Source: a virus (Duplodnaviria > Caudoviricetes). Taken from it: DNA of 34,451 nucleotides. A model generated the notes under the pieces. The model did no database searches. It was not told the origin of the DNA and saw only the letters and a program-made list of their open reading frames with translations. Positions 34,266 to 34,451 of this stretch are shown piece after piece (the stretch's first letter is position 1; each line of letters begins with the position of its first letter). The stretch spans positions 1-34,451 of the IMG/VR virus record IMGVR_UViG_3300049167_000230; one strand, 5' to 3'. Position numbers and translations under genes: made by a program.

Positions 34266-34451
34266 ATGAAAAGGACCCAAAATCGGCAAGTCAAAATTCC
34301 GGGCCGGCGCGATCAGTGTGTCGAGACGTCATGTGCAAAATTCGGCGTCGGTCCCAAGGAGGCGAAGAAGATGATTCAGCTTCTCGGGAAGCGTGCGCCG
34401 ATCCACGAGATCGCGGCGAACTGGAAGGAGCGCCCGCCGAAGTTTAGGTGA
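34266..34451 (+). CDS. Small basic protein, DUF3606-like (61 aa)
   Basis: AGGAGGAG ribosome-binding site; CAKFGVGPKEAKKMIQLLG resembles the DUF3606 helical pattern. Confidence 0.6.
   Translation: MKRTQNRQVKIPGRRDQCVETSCAKFGVGPKEAKKMIQLLGKRAPIHEIAANWKERPPKFR

Larger units (their letters stand above)
1..34451. mobile_element. Prophage (HK97-type head, long non-contractile tail); boundaries not visible in the window
   Basis: Complete ordered packaging, head, neck, tail and lysis modules on the - strand, plus a primase-helicase and integrases. No repressor or att repeat seen. Confidence 0.93.

Noticed and set aside
1-34451. tRNA, tmRNA gene, CRISPR array or att direct repeat
   Set aside because: None recognisable by eye. 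The AANDN codons lie inside protein genes with differing DNA sequence, so they are not ssrA fragments.

Overview
Most of a temperate, HK97-head, long-tailed (siphovirus-type) prophage. GC content, protein families and promoter motifs point to a Rhizobiales (Rhizobium/Agrobacterium-like) host, which is an inference. Left to right: two translationally coupled tyrosine recombinases, small + strand accessory genes, then a long leftward operon read from the right end. That operon runs replication genes (primase-helicase plus a palindromic candidate origin), putative late regulator, HNH, terS, terL, portal, protease, capsid, neck, tail tube, frameshifted tail chaperones, tape measure with an M15 peptidase domain, tail tip, tail fibre, holin, SAR endolysin and spanins. 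No repressor or att site is recognisable, so the prophage probably continues beyond the window. The most interesting signals are: (1) an AT-rich Shedu-like (DUF4263-type) nuclease with an unrecognised N-terminal domain inserted between tail fibre and holin; (2) the tmRNA-tag-like motif AANDN in several phage proteins, with the portal ending in a full SsrA-tag mimic and six proteins ending in Ala-Ala; (3) a dispersed set of + strand morons behind general-stress (EcfG/RpoE2), LexA and CtrA-like sites; (4) a densely structured non-coding leader ahead of the packaging genes; (5) the tandem integrase pair. All family calls come from motif recognition by eye; no searches were run.
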